From contig DKFF01000004.1 in assembly GCA_002452795.1 (NCBI GenBank), positions 1 through 42,631 of the forward strand: DNA of 42,631 nt, given 5' to 3'. Of the stretch, positions 9,673-18,966 are shown piece after piece. The notes beneath the pieces were generated by a model. It did no database searches. It had not been told where the DNA came from and saw nothing but the letters and a program-made list of their open reading frames with translations. The stretch is from Dehalococcoidia bacterium UBA6803. GTDB taxonomy: Bacteria > Chloroflexota > Dehalococcoidia > GIF9 > AB-539-J10. Made by a program: the position numbers and the translations under genes. Every line of letters starts with the position of its first letter. Position 1 is the first letter of the stretch.

Positions 9673-10917
9673 TTATTCGCGGCGCAGGGCTTCTATGGGG
9701 TCAAGGCGTGCCGCTCTGATTGCCGGGTAGATGCCGGAAATGAGTCCGATGGCGACAGATATTCCTACGGACAGAGCGATAGTACCGCCCGAGATAACGG
9801 CTGTCAGAAGAAATCCAGCATTTTGCGCCGCGAGGGAAAATGCATTGATGATGCCCCAGCCCAGGATTACTCCGGCGGCACCACCGCATAAACTCAGAGC
9901 ACCGGCTTCAATAAGAAACTGAGCGAGGATATCCCTGCGCTTTGCGCCCATTGCTTTACGTAAGCCAATTTCCCTGGTGCGTTCCGTTACCGAGACGAGC
10001 ATGATGTTCATTATGCCGATGCCGCCGACGAGCAGAGAAATGCCCGCTATTGCTGTGAGAATAATTCGCATGATTCCCAGCATCTGGCCGGCGATATCGG
10101 AGACGGATTCCATGCTGATAACAGAAAAATCATCATCCTCGTTTTCTCGGAGATGGTGATTTTGTCTTAAGATGCCGGTGATCTCCTCTATGGCCAGGCC
10201 TGTCTCCTCTTTGCTCTTGGTCTGGACGCTGATTAGCTGTACGCTGGCGCTTCTGCTGCTGATCTGCTGGGATGCTATAGTGGATTGCACTGTAGACAGC
10301 GGGGCAATGACCATGGTGTCTTCCATGCCGAAACTTCCCCCCTTGCTGGCCAGTACCCCGACTACTTGAAATTGGCGACCGTTTATCCTGATAGCCTGTC
10401 CCACAGGATTCATCCCTCCGAAGAGATTGTTGGACGCTTGACTTCCTAAAACAGCCACGCGAGCCTTTCTATCATAGTCTTGCTTTGTAATAAAATTGCC
10501 ATCCATTAAAGTGAAATTGTTAACGTTCTGGTAGCTTGGGGTAACGCCGACGACCGTCAGGGCCATATTTTCTCCCTGTGCTGTTACCTGGGAGGTGACC
10601 TGTATCGCTGGCGCGACCAGAGCGATTGATGAAGCCTTGCTGGCAATCGCTTCGGCATCGTCTAATGTCAAGGTCGCGCCGCTGCCTATTTGTCCTCCGA
10701 TTCCTCCACTGCGGGAAGCAGCGGGCATAACATAGAGCAGGTTAGATCCCAGAGAGGCAAAGGCTTCCTCTTGGGCTGCTTGCTGTGCTTCACCCAGAGA
10801 GATTACCGAGATGACGGCGGCTACGCCGATTAAAACTCCCAGTATGGTAAGGAAGGAACGCTGCTTACTCACGGCAAGTGAACGCAGGGCGATATTCAGA
10901 TAATTCCGAATTCTCAT
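9673..10917 (-). CDS. ABC transporter permease, MacB/FtsX family
   Basis: 414 aa. An N-terminal TM segment is followed by a large extracytoplasmic domain and a C-terminal FtsX-type 3-TM bundle (REIGLRKAMGAKRRDI...). The start overlaps the ATPase stop. Confidence 0.9.
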   Translation of the reverse strand: MRIRNYLNIALRSLAVSKQRSFLTILGVLIGVAAVISVISLGEAQQAAQEEAFASLGSNLLYVMPAASRSGGIGGQIGSGATLTLDDAEAIASKASSIALVAPAIQVTSQVTAQGENMALTVVGVTPSYQNVNNFTLMDGNFITKQDYDRKARVAVLGSQASNNLFGGMNPVGQAIRINGRQFQVVGVLASKGGSFGMEDTMVIAPLSTVQSTIASQQISSRSASVQLISVQTKSKEETGLAIEEITGILRQNHHLRENEDDDFSVISMESVSDIAGQMLGIMRIILTAIAGISLLVGGIGIMNIMLVSVTERTREIGLRKAMGAKRRDILAQFLIEAGALSLCGGAAGVILGWGIINAFSLAAQNAGFLLTAVISGGTIALSVGISVAIGLISGIYPAIRAARLDPIEALRRE

Positions 10918-11585
10918 GATATTTTCTCGATTTGTCCGTCGCGCATATTGATAGTACGTTGAGCATAAGCAGCAATAGCTACTTCATGCGTGACCAGAAC
11001 AATGGTGATTCCCTTCTGCTGCAGTTGCTGGAAAATGAACATGATTTCCTTGCTGGTTTTGCTGTCCAGATTGCCTGTCGGCTCGTCAGCCAAGATGACG
11101 GAGGGATTGTTGATCAAGGCTCTCGCTATGGCGACTCTCTGCTGCTCTCCTCCGGACATCTCACTCGGCTTGTGATGGGCGCGATGAGCAATGCCTACCG
11201 CCTCCAGGTTGTGCAGGGCCTTTTCTCGATTTTCCCGACGGCGGCTGCTGTGACTGTAAATGAGGGGCATCTCTACATTATCCAGGGCGGTTATTTTGGG
11301 GAGGAGGTTAAAGCTCTGGAAGACGAACCCTACTTTCCCGTTTCTTATTTCGGCAAGCTGGTCATCGTTGAGAGAGCTAACATCAATTCCCTCAAGGAAA
11401 TATTTCCCCGATGTGAGCGTGTCCAGACAGCCAAGTATATTCATCAGGGTGGACTTACCCGAGCCGGAAGGGCCAATGACAGAAACCATCTCCCCTTGAC
11501 CGATATCAAGGTTGATATTCTGCAGGGCGACGACTTCTGTGCGCCCCATTTTATATATCTTGGTCAGATTGTCCAGTTGAAACAT
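10914..11585 (-). CDS. ABC transporter ATP-binding protein (MacB/LolD-like)
   Basis: Walker [10 protein letters not shown], signature [15 protein letters not shown], Walker [13 protein letters not shown] trimmed the start to [11 protein letters not shown] (ATG at 11585), directly after the upstream stop. The track ORF start at 11642 would overlap the adaptor gene. Confidence 0.9.
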   Translation of the reverse strand: MFQLDNLTKIYKMGRTEVVALQNINLDIGQGEMVSVIGPSGSGKSTLMNILGCLDTLTSGKYFLEGIDVSSLNDDQLAEIRNGKVGFVFQSFNLLPKITALDNVEMPLIYSHSSRRRENREKALHNLEAVGIAHRAHHKPSEMSGGEQQRVAIARALINNPSVILADEPTGNLDSKTSKEIMFIFQQLQQKGITIVLVTHEVAIAAYAQRTINMRDGQIEKIS

Positions 11586-11586
11586 C

Positions 11587-12678
11587 TTATAACCCGAGCA
11601 GTGAAGACAACGTTTGCCTGGACGCGGGCAGCACCACCTCATCTCCCTCTTTCAGTCCTGAGATGATCTCGGTGCTTGAGCCATCGCTTGCGCCCAGGGC
11701 GATTTGCCTTTGCTCAACGGTGCCATCGGCGGTGACAATTTCCACCCAGGGAGAATCAAGCGAGCCGCGTATTGCTCGATTGGGAACCAGGAGGATATCT
11801 TCGTAGCGCTCAACGATGATCTCGGCACTGGCGGTCATACCGTCCTTGATATTTCTATCTGTACCTTCTGTCGCGATAACGATTCCGTATGAGACCACGC
11901 CGGCGCGAATAGTTCCTGTCGTGGAAATAGACGATACCCTGCCGGTGATCTCTCTACCGGGAATGGCATCCAAAACGATGAGCGCCTGTTGTCCCGTCGT
12001 AACTTGGGAAATGTCTATTTCGTCGACAATGCCGTTCATCGTCAACTCGTCGAGATCAATAATGAGCAGCGCTTGTTCCGTGGGCGATAGAACCAGGTCT
12101 CCTTCCTTGATGCTAATATCGGCTATTACTCCATCAAAAGGCGCCGTAATTATTGTTTTCTCCTGCTCTAAAATAGCGATGTCCAGGTTTTTTCGGGCTC
12201 TTTCTATTTGTAGGGCTGCTCTTTCCAGTGCAATCTCTGCCGAATCAACTGAGTACTGGGCATCATCTTTGTTGATCTCGGAAGCCATTGCCTGGTTATC
12301 CAAGTAATCGCGGTAATTTTCCGCTTTTGCCAGGGAAATCACCGCGCCGGCGTATGCCTTTTGGGCATCATCGCAATCAATTTGCCTCAACTCGATAGTC
12401 TTTTCCAATGTCCGGGAATCCAGCGTAGCCAGTAACTGTCCCTTCACGACCACATCGCCCTTTTGTACCTGCACTTCCTGTATCGTACCTGTTGTTCGGA
12501 AGCCAACACTTTTTTTGTTGGCTGCCTCCATGTTGCCGCTGGCGGGAATACTGACAACGAGATCGTCACGGACAATGACGACAGTTTCCAGTGGTGTGGT
12601 TTGTTGAGGATTGCTGCAGCCAGCAATAGCTGCGATTAACGAACAAAACAATACTATCAGAACCAGGTGTTTCTTCAT
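11587..12678 (-). CDS. efflux periplasmic adaptor (HlyD/MacA family) lipoprotein
   Basis: Signal peptide with lipobox MKKHLVLIVLFCSLIAAIAGC, then lipoyl/barrel-sandwich and coiled-coil regions. I trimmed the start to the ATG at 12678 (SD GAGGAAAG), because the ATG at 12717 sits inside the predicted -10 box. Confidence 0.85.
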   Translation of the reverse strand: MKKHLVLIVLFCSLIAAIAGCSNPQQTTPLETVVIVRDDLVVSIPASGNMEAANKKSVGFRTTGTIQEVQVQKGDVVVKGQLLATLDSRTLEKTIELRQIDCDDAQKAYAGAVISLAKAENYRDYLDNQAMASEINKDDAQYSVDSAEIALERAALQIERARKNLDIAILEQEKTIITAPFDGVIADISIKEGDLVLSPTEQALLIIDLDELTMNGIVDEIDISQVTTGQQALIVLDAIPGREITGRVSSISTTGTIRAGVVSYGIVIATEGTDRNIKDGMTASAEIIVERYEDILLVPNRAIRGSLDSPWVEIVTADGTVEQRQIALGASDGSSTEIISGLKEGDEVVLPASRQTLSSLLGL

Positions 12679-12715
12679 CTGTCTTTCCTCTTTTACTTTT
12701 GATGGGAATCCGCTC

Positions 12716-12745
12716 ATTTTAGCATGAATCGTCTAAATCTGTCCT
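12716..12745 (-). promoter_or_regulatory. candidate sigma-70-type promoter for the adaptor-ATPase-permease operon
   Basis: On the minus strand the pattern is AGGACA, 18 nt, TGC-TAAAAT (extended -10). Confidence 0.4.
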
Positions 12746-12789
12746 GGAGCGGTACGGGAGCAAGTACGGTGCGTTTTTTGCGCGGCGGC

Positions 12790-13206
12790 CTATGCGCTAT
12801 CGGGTTCTTTTCGGGCGGGAGAGACAAGCAAAAGGAGATCGTCTTTCCCCGTCACGATGACTTCTTCACCTTTATCTATTGGTATTGTTGCCCTGGCTTT
12901 CCATAACTCTCCTTGAACCCGGATATATCCTTCGAGCTTTAAAGGAGAGGTGCTCCGGCCGCAGGCTCCGACCAGAGAATCTATTCCCACTAGCGCTTTC
13001 TTCCTCAACGTTCTTTGCCCTATCCTGTAGCTGATAAAGGCATAAGTGGCCAGAGCAAGTATCAGCAGAACCAATCCCCACGACGGGACGTTTATTCCCA
13101 GTAAGGGCAGCCCCAGTGAGACGACGAGTATCAGCATGGCTTCTTCTGCCAGTGTGGTTAGTACTGCATGAATGAGGTAACCTTTTCCCTGTAAGAAATT
13201 TGCCAT
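12790..13206 (-). CDS. NfeD-family membrane protein
   Basis: 138 aa. Hydrophobic segments at the N-terminus are followed by a C-terminal OB-fold-like region, GYIRVQGELWKARATIPIDKGEEVIV. Confidence 0.75.
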   Translation of the reverse strand: MANFLQGKGYLIHAVLTTLAEEAMLILVVSLGLPLLGINVPSWGLVLLILALATYAFISYRIGQRTLRKKALVGIDSLVGACGRSTSPLKLEGYIRVQGELWKARATIPIDKGEEVIVTGKDDLLLLVSPARKEPDSA

Positions 13207-13252
13207 CTATTTTTGTGTCATTCGCTGTGTTCTTCCCGTAAACGGTGATATT

Positions 13253-13672
13253 TTACTCACCCATAATTTGCAATACTATTTTGCGGGACCGATGGCGGTT
13301 ATCAAAATCGACACACACTATTTGTTGCCAGGTTCCCAGCGTCAACTTTCTGCTGACAAAAGGGATGACAAGCGAAGGCCCCAGCAGGGCGGCGCGTACA
13401 TGAGCATGGCCGTTTCCGTCTCCCCATGCCTGATCGTGCTGATAAAGTATGTTTTGGGGCACCAGCCTGTTCCACGTTTCCTTAAGGTCGTGAATCAATC
13501 CTGGTTCAAATTCAATAGTGGTGACGGCGGCCGTGGAGCCGCATATGAATATGGCAATTGTCCCGTCGCTCACTCCGGAGCTAGCTATTTCCTCTTCTAT
13601 CAAGGCAGTTATGTCGGTAATGTCGCAATTTCCCTCGGTTTGCAGTGTGATATCTTTAGTGACAATGGTCAT
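13253..13672 (-). CDS. yjbQ: YjbQ/UPF0047 family protein (annotated elsewhere as secondary thiamine-phosphate synthase)
   Basis: 139 aa with TAAVTTIEFEPGL...GHAHVRAALLGPS...LTLGTWQQI, typical of UPF0047. The ATG overlaps the pyrK stop. Confidence 0.85.
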   Translation of the reverse strand: MTIVTKDITLQTEGNCDITDITALIEEEIASSGVSDGTIAIFICGSTAAVTTIEFEPGLIHDLKETWNRLVPQNILYQHDQAWGDGNGHAHVRAALLGPSLVIPFVSRKLTLGTWQQIVCVDFDNRHRSRKIVLQIMGE

Positions 13673-14499
13673 AATTTAACTTCCTCCCAGATAATATCCT
13701 CCAGCGGAAAGACCGGCCCTTCCCTGCATACTCGTTTTGGTCCGCTGCGTGTCTTGATTGTGCAGCCGTAACATGCTCCAATCCCGCAACCCATGCGTAC
13801 TTCCAGCGAAACCTGGCATTTGAAGGCACTGTTTTTGTCCGGCGTGATTTTGAGGAATTGCTCCGAGATAGCTCTGTACATGTTCAGTGGCCCACAGGCA
13901 TATGTTCTGTCGGCCCAGCTCAGGAAATCGGGAAGGACATCGGTAATTTTCCCCTGCCTGCCTGTCGTGCCGTCCTCTGTTACCGGTATGAAACGAACCT
14001 GTGAGGGCAAAGAGCGGGCATATATCTGGCTGGCCGTGCTTGTCCCATGAATCAGCGTTATGGAGTGTTCCGGCAGAGCTTCTTGTGCCAGAAAGATCAA
14101 AGGCGCTACGCCGATACCTCCGGCCAGCAGGAGTAAATTTTTATCTTCTGTTTCGAGCTGGAAGCCGTTGCCCAGGGGACCCAGAATGTCCAGATCCTCT
14201 CCAGCTTTCCTTTGTGATAACCACTGTGTTCCTTTGCCCGTTATCTGGAATAAGAGAGCGATGTGGTCTGGTTTTTTATCCCGGGTGGTGCAGTGCACAT
14301 CAATGGGGTTCCCTATGCCATCGGATGTGCCGACCTGGTGAATGCTGATAGGACGACGCAGCGGCATATCTTTACAGTATGCCGTGATAAATTGCCCCGG
14401 AAGAGCCGTAGCGGCGATATCCGGTGCCTTGAGCCAAAGAAGGTGCCTACCCGGGGCAATCTCTGTGCTGGAAACCAAAGTGGATAGGACTTGTTTCAC
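13669..14499 (-). CDS. pyrK: dihydroorotate dehydrogenase (class 1B) electron-transfer subunit
   Basis: FAD motif LRRPISIH, NAD motif LLAGGIGVAPL, and C-terminal 2Fe-2S motif CGIGACYGC...C. Confidence 0.88.
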   Translation of the reverse strand: MKQVLSTLVSSTEIAPGRHLLWLKAPDIAATALPGQFITAYCKDMPLRRPISIHQVGTSDGIGNPIDVHCTTRDKKPDHIALLFQITGKGTQWLSQRKAGEDLDILGPLGNGFQLETEDKNLLLLAGGIGVAPLIFLAQEALPEHSITLIHGTSTASQIYARSLPSQVRFIPVTEDGTTGRQGKITDVLPDFLSWADRTYACGPLNMYRAISEQFLKITPDKNSAFKCQVSLEVRMGCGIGACYGCTIKTRSGPKRVCREGPVFPLEDIIWEEVKL

Positions 14500-14503
14500 T
14501 GGC

Positions 14504-17500
14504 TTAATCCTTCTCTGCCAGATATTCTTTCAGCGGCTGGACGGTTCCGACATGCTTGCTATTCGTCAGGGCTTCTACTGCTGCTCTGAAAGTATCCAGT
14601 GAAGTGAAACAGGGGATCCCCTTTTCTACGGCGGCACGCCGGATAGCAAAGCCATCCTTAAGAGAATTATATCCACCTGAAGCTGTATTGATTACCCCCT
14701 TTACAGAATTGTCCTGAATGACATCAATCACATTGGGAGACCCTTCGCTTATTTTTCTAGCCACCATTTTTACCGGAAGACCGCTCTCCTTGATGATAGA
14801 GGCGGTGCCTTCCGTAGCGTAGAACTCGTAGTCAAACGAGCTGAGTTTTTTGATTAGAGGTATGGTTTCAGCTTTCTCTCCGTCTGCGATACTGAGCAAC
14901 AGCTTGCCCCTGGCTGGCAGCATTAGCCCGGAGGCGATGAGTGCCTTTGCCAGTGCAGCCGGAAAATCATGGTCAATTCCTATAACTTCGCCCGTGGATT
15001 TCATTTCAGGCCCGAGATAATTATCCACACCGATCAGCTTGGACATGGAAAAGACAGGAGCTTTCACTCCCACCAGGTTTTGTTTTTTGTGTAATCCGCC
15101 TTTATAGCCCTGTTGTGCGATACTGGTTCCCAGCATTACATTGGTGGCTACATGCACCATCGGAATGCCGGTAATTTTGGAGATGAAGGGAATGGTGCGA
15201 CTGGCGCGGGGGTTTACTTCCAGAATATAAATATCTGATGTCTCTTTTCCGCGCATGATTACCATCTGGATATTCATCAGTCCCTTAATCTGGAGAGCCA
15301 GTCCGATTCTGGTAGTGTAATCCACCATGGTACTGATTTCGTCATCGGTCAGATTGATTCCCGGATAGACGGCAATAGAATCTCCGCTGTGTACCCCCGC
15401 TCGTTCAATGTGTTCCATTACGCCAGGGATAAGCACTGTTTCTCCGTCGGCAACCGCGTCTACTTCTACCTCTTTGCCCTGAAAATACCTGTCGATGAGT
15501 ATGGGGCGACAATTATTTGTTTCCAGAGACAGAGATAGATAATGGTTGAGGTCTTCTTCACTATAGACGATTTCCATGGCCCTGCCACCGAGAACATAAC
15601 TGGGGCGAACCAGCACAGGATATCCCAGCGTCCCCGCGGCTTTTAATGCTTCCTTTGAGGATAGCACGGCAACCCCCGGCGGCTGAGGTATGCCCAGAGA
15701 GTTAAGGAAGTCTTCAAAGCGGCTGCGATCCTCGGCAATGTCAATAGCATTGATGCTGGAGCCGAGGATTGGCATATTGTGTTGAAATAGAGACTCGACC
15801 ATGTTAATGGCTGTCTGTCCGCCAAACTGTACAATGGAAGCGGGCGGTTGCTCTTGTTCACCCGCTTGCTCGCCGCTTTCGTTTTCCAGTATATCCAGGA
15901 TGCTTTCTTCGTCCAGGGCTTCAAAATAAAGGCGGCTGCTGGTATCAAAATCCGTAGAGACTGTTTCCGGATTGGAATTCACCATGATGCTTTTCCACCC
16001 TGCTTTTTGCAAAGCCCGTGCAGAATGCACACAACAATAATCGAATTCTATCCCCTGTCCGATACGAATGGGACCACTGCCAATGACTACAGCTTTATTT
16101 CCTGCCAGTGGGGGAGCTTCGTTTTCCTGTTCGTAAGTGCTGTAAAAATAAGGGGTTTCGGCGTCGAATTCAGCGGCACAGGTATCCACCATCTTGTATG
16201 CTGGACGAATCTTTTTTTCGCGCCGTAACTGTCTGACCTGTTCAGGCAGCCGGTCGGCCAGGATACCGATCTGTTCGTCACTGAAGCCCAGACGTTTCGA
16301 CTGGAGCAAAATATTCTCCTCCAGTGGTTCTGAAAGAAGCCTTTTCTCCATCTCTACGATGTTTTTGAATTTAGAGATGAACCAGGGATCTATTCCCGTG
16401 GCCCGGGAAATTTGCTCGCAAGAGGAATCTCTTCTCAATGCTGCCATGATTGCCCATAACCTCAGGTCGTTGGGGTGCAGAGGGTACTCACTGCTGCTTT
16501 CTTTATTCCAGCAGGAGTCTTCCCAGAGCAATGATCTCTTGCCTAGTTCCAATGAACGTACGGCTTTTTGCAGAGCAGCCTCGAAACATCTGTCGATAGC
16601 CATAACTTCTCCCGTGGCTTTCATCTGGCTGCCGGTGGTGCGGTCACCCCTGGCGAATTTATCGAATGGCCAGCGAGGAATCTTCACCACGCAGTAGTCC
16701 AGTGCCGGTTCAAAAGACGCCAGTGTTTTCCCCGTGATTCTGTTGGAAATCTCGTCGAGTTTTTTGCCTATGGCTATTTTGGCTGCCACACGAGCGATAG
16801 GATATCCTGTAGCTTTGCTGGCCAGAGCTGAGCTGCGGCTGACCCTGGGGTTGACTTCTATGACATAATACTCGCTACGCTCCGAGTTTTCTCGGTTAGG
16901 TGTCCATTTTTCGGCTACTATGGGATGTGGTGTGAGGGCAAATTGTATATTGCAGCCGCCTTCAATACCCAGCGCGCGGATAATTTTTAAACTGGCTGAC
17001 CTGAGCATCTGATACTCTTTATCGGTGAGTGTCTGGCTAGGGGCCACCACGATACTGTCCCCGGTGTGTACTCCCATGGGATCAATGTTTTCCATGTTGC
17101 AGATGGTGATGCAGTTATCGCCGGCGTCCCGCATTACTTCGTATTCAAGCTCCTTCCAGCCAAGGAGGCATTGCTCGATCAGCACTTCGTGGTTCATACT
17201 GTTAGCCAGACCGCTGGCGGTGAAAAAGCCTAATTCTTCCTTGTTATGGGCGATGCCTCCACCGGTGCCTCCCAGCGTATAGGAAGGGCGAATGATGAGG
17301 GGTAACCCGATAGTTTCTATCAGTTTTATGGCCTCTTTCACGGAATTAACGGTGGCGCTTCGGGGAGTGGGTTCTCCTATCTCGGCCAGGAGTTTTTTGA
17401 ATAAAGACCGCTCCTCTGCCTTCTTGATTGTCTCTATCGGCGTTCCCAGAGAGCGCAGGTTGTATTTATCCAGGACACCATTGTCTGCCAGGGCGATTGC

Positions 17501-17785
17501 CAGGTTGAGCCCTGTTTGTCCCCCCAGCGTGGGCAACAGGCCGTCGGGGCGCTCTTTTTCAATGATGCGTTCCAGTACTTCTGCGGTGAGTGGTTCCAGA
17601 TAAACAATGTCGGCAATGTCTTCGTCTGTCATGATGGTAGCGGGATTGGAATTTACCAGGACAGTGGTGATACCCTCCTCCTTGAGAGATTGACAGGCTT
17701 GAGTGCCTGAGTAATCAAATTCAGCCGCCTGCCCGATGATAATGGGGCCGGAAGCGATAACCAGGACTTTAGACGGTTTAAGCAT
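14504..17785 (-). CDS. carB: carbamoyl-phosphate synthase large subunit
   Basis: 1093 aa with duplicated ATP-grasp halves (VLVIASGPIIIGQAAEFDYSG and AVVIGSGPIRIGQGIEFDY) and a C-terminal MGS-like domain. Confidence 0.96.
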   Translation of the reverse strand: MLKPSKVLVIASGPIIIGQAAEFDYSGTQACQSLKEEGITTVLVNSNPATIMTDEDIADIVYLEPLTAEVLERIIEKERPDGLLPTLGGQTGLNLAIALADNGVLDKYNLRSLGTPIETIKKAEERSLFKKLLAEIGEPTPRSATVNSVKEAIKLIETIGLPLIIRPSYTLGGTGGGIAHNKEELGFFTASGLANSMNHEVLIEQCLLGWKELEYEVMRDAGDNCITICNMENIDPMGVHTGDSIVVAPSQTLTDKEYQMLRSASLKIIRALGIEGGCNIQFALTPHPIVAEKWTPNRENSERSEYYVIEVNPRVSRSSALASKATGYPIARVAAKIAIGKKLDEISNRITGKTLASFEPALDYCVVKIPRWPFDKFARGDRTTGSQMKATGEVMAIDRCFEAALQKAVRSLELGKRSLLWEDSCWNKESSSEYPLHPNDLRLWAIMAALRRDSSCEQISRATGIDPWFISKFKNIVEMEKRLLSEPLEENILLQSKRLGFSDEQIGILADRLPEQVRQLRREKKIRPAYKMVDTCAAEFDAETPYFYSTYEQENEAPPLAGNKAVVIGSGPIRIGQGIEFDYCCVHSARALQKAGWKSIMVNSNPETVSTDFDTSSRLYFEALDEESILDILENESGEQAGEQEQPPASIVQFGGQTAINMVESLFQHNMPILGSSINAIDIAEDRSRFEDFLNSLGIPQPPGVAVLSSKEALKAAGTLGYPVLVRPSYVLGGRAMEIVYSEEDLNHYLSLSLETNNCRPILIDRYFQGKEVEVDAVADGETVLIPGVMEHIERAGVHSGDSIAVYPGINLTDDEISTMVDYTTRIGLALQIKGLMNIQMVIMRGKETSDIYILEVNPRASRTIPFISKITGIPMVHVATNVMLGTSIAQQGYKGGLHKKQNLVGVKAPVFSMSKLIGVDNYLGPEMKSTGEVIGIDHDFPAALAKALIASGLMLPARGKLLLSIADGEKAETIPLIKKLSSFDYEFYATEGTASIIKESGLPVKMVARKISEGSPNVIDVIQDNSVKGVINTASGGYNSLKDGFAIRRAAVEKGIPCFTSLDTFRAAVEALTNSKHVGTVQPLKEYLAEKD

Positions 17786-17838
17786 TTATATTATTCTCCC
17801 TGCTGTATCCAATATTCCTGCTGTCATCGGGATAGTCG

Positions 17839-18966
17839 TCATAATTTTTCCTCGCTTTTTACCATTTCCAGAAATCTCTCAAACAGGTACAAATTATCTA
17901 GCGGACCGGGGGAAGCTTCGGCGTGGTACTGGATTGTTATCAGGGATAGTTCCTGGTGCCGTAGCCCTTCGACCGTGCCGTCGTTTAAGCTTATATGGCT
18001 GATATCCAGCCCGCCTTTGAGCGTGGCGGCATCCAATGCATAGCCGTGATTTTGGGCGGTAATATAAACTCTGCCAGTGGCTATATCGCGAACAGGGTGA
18101 TTGCCGCCTCGATGTCCAAATTTCAACTTGAAGGTTTTGGCTCCCAGTGCCTGGCCTATCAACTGGTGGCCGAGGCAGATACCCATCATGGGTTTTTGCC
18201 CTGCGAGTTTTTTGACTGTTTCCGTGATGTCTTGTAGTAATGAAGGGTCACCTGGTCCTGGCGAGAGCAGTATACCGTCGGGAGCTGCAGCCAGGATATT
18301 GTCCGCTGAGGAAGTATGGGGAACAACCGTCACGTGACAGCCCATCTGTCTCAAAATACGTAAAATGCTATATTTTACGCCGTAATCAATAACTGCTATG
18401 TGGGGAGATTTATCTCCAGCCAGGGAAGGGGTTTTCCTGTTGGTGTTTTCATCTTCTTGCCAGGCGTATACCCGGTCGGTACCGGTGTCCTGAACGAAGC
18501 GGGTAGCGTCATATTTGGGTAAATTTCTCACTTGCTCTTGTGCTTCCATGATGGTCATGTCTGAGCTGATAATTCCCATCATCACTCCGCCGGAGCGGAT
18601 GTGGCGTGTAACAGCCCTGGTGTCTATGCCGCTAATTCCGGGAACATTTTGCGATATCAAAAATTCGTGCAAAGTGTACTCGCTCTGCCGATGGCTTGGC
18701 TGGTGGCAACATTCGCGAATGGCAAAGCCTCGTGCCTGAATGTGCTTTGACTCGAAATTCATTTTATTGATACCGTAATTGCCGATCAGGGGATAAGTGG
18801 GCATCAGAATTTGTCCTGCGTATGAAGGATCGGTGAGCATTTCCTGGTAACCGGTCATGCTGGTGTTGAAAACTACCTCACCATAGGTAGTAGACGTCGC
18901 GCCAAAAGAAGAGCCTTCGTAGAAGGCTCCATCTTCAAGAACCAGAATGGCTTTTTTATTTATCAA
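17839..18966 (-). CDS. carA: carbamoyl-phosphate synthase small (glutamine amidotransferase) subunit
   Basis: Catalytic GICLGHQL and the distal QYHAEASPGP region. TTG start immediately follows the pyrC stop. Confidence 0.95.
   Translation of the reverse strand: MINKKAILVLEDGAFYEGSSFGATSTTYGEVVFNTSMTGYQEMLTDPSYAGQILMPTYPLIGNYGINKMNFESKHIQARGFAIRECCHQPSHRQSEYTLHEFLISQNVPGISGIDTRAVTRHIRSGGVMMGIISSDMTIMEAQEQVRNLPKYDATRFVQDTGTDRVYAWQEDENTNRKTPSLAGDKSPHIAVIDYGVKYSILRILRQMGCHVTVVPHTSSADNILAAAPDGILLSPGPGDPSLLQDITETVKKLAGQKPMMGICLGHQLIGQALGAKTFKLKFGHRGGNHPVRDIATGRVYITAQNHGYALDAATLKGGLDISHISLNDGTVEGLRHQELSLITIQYHAEASPGPLDNLYLFERFLEMVKSEEKL

Noticed and set aside
11586-11642. N-terminal extensions in the ORF track: ABC ATPase to 11642, adaptor to 12717, pyrR to 22012, argG from 30557, and the 193-aa protein to 41965.
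   Set aside because: In each case an internal ATG with a proper SD gives the canonical family N-terminus. The extension would overlap a neighbouring gene, a promoter -10 box or the attenuator hairpin.
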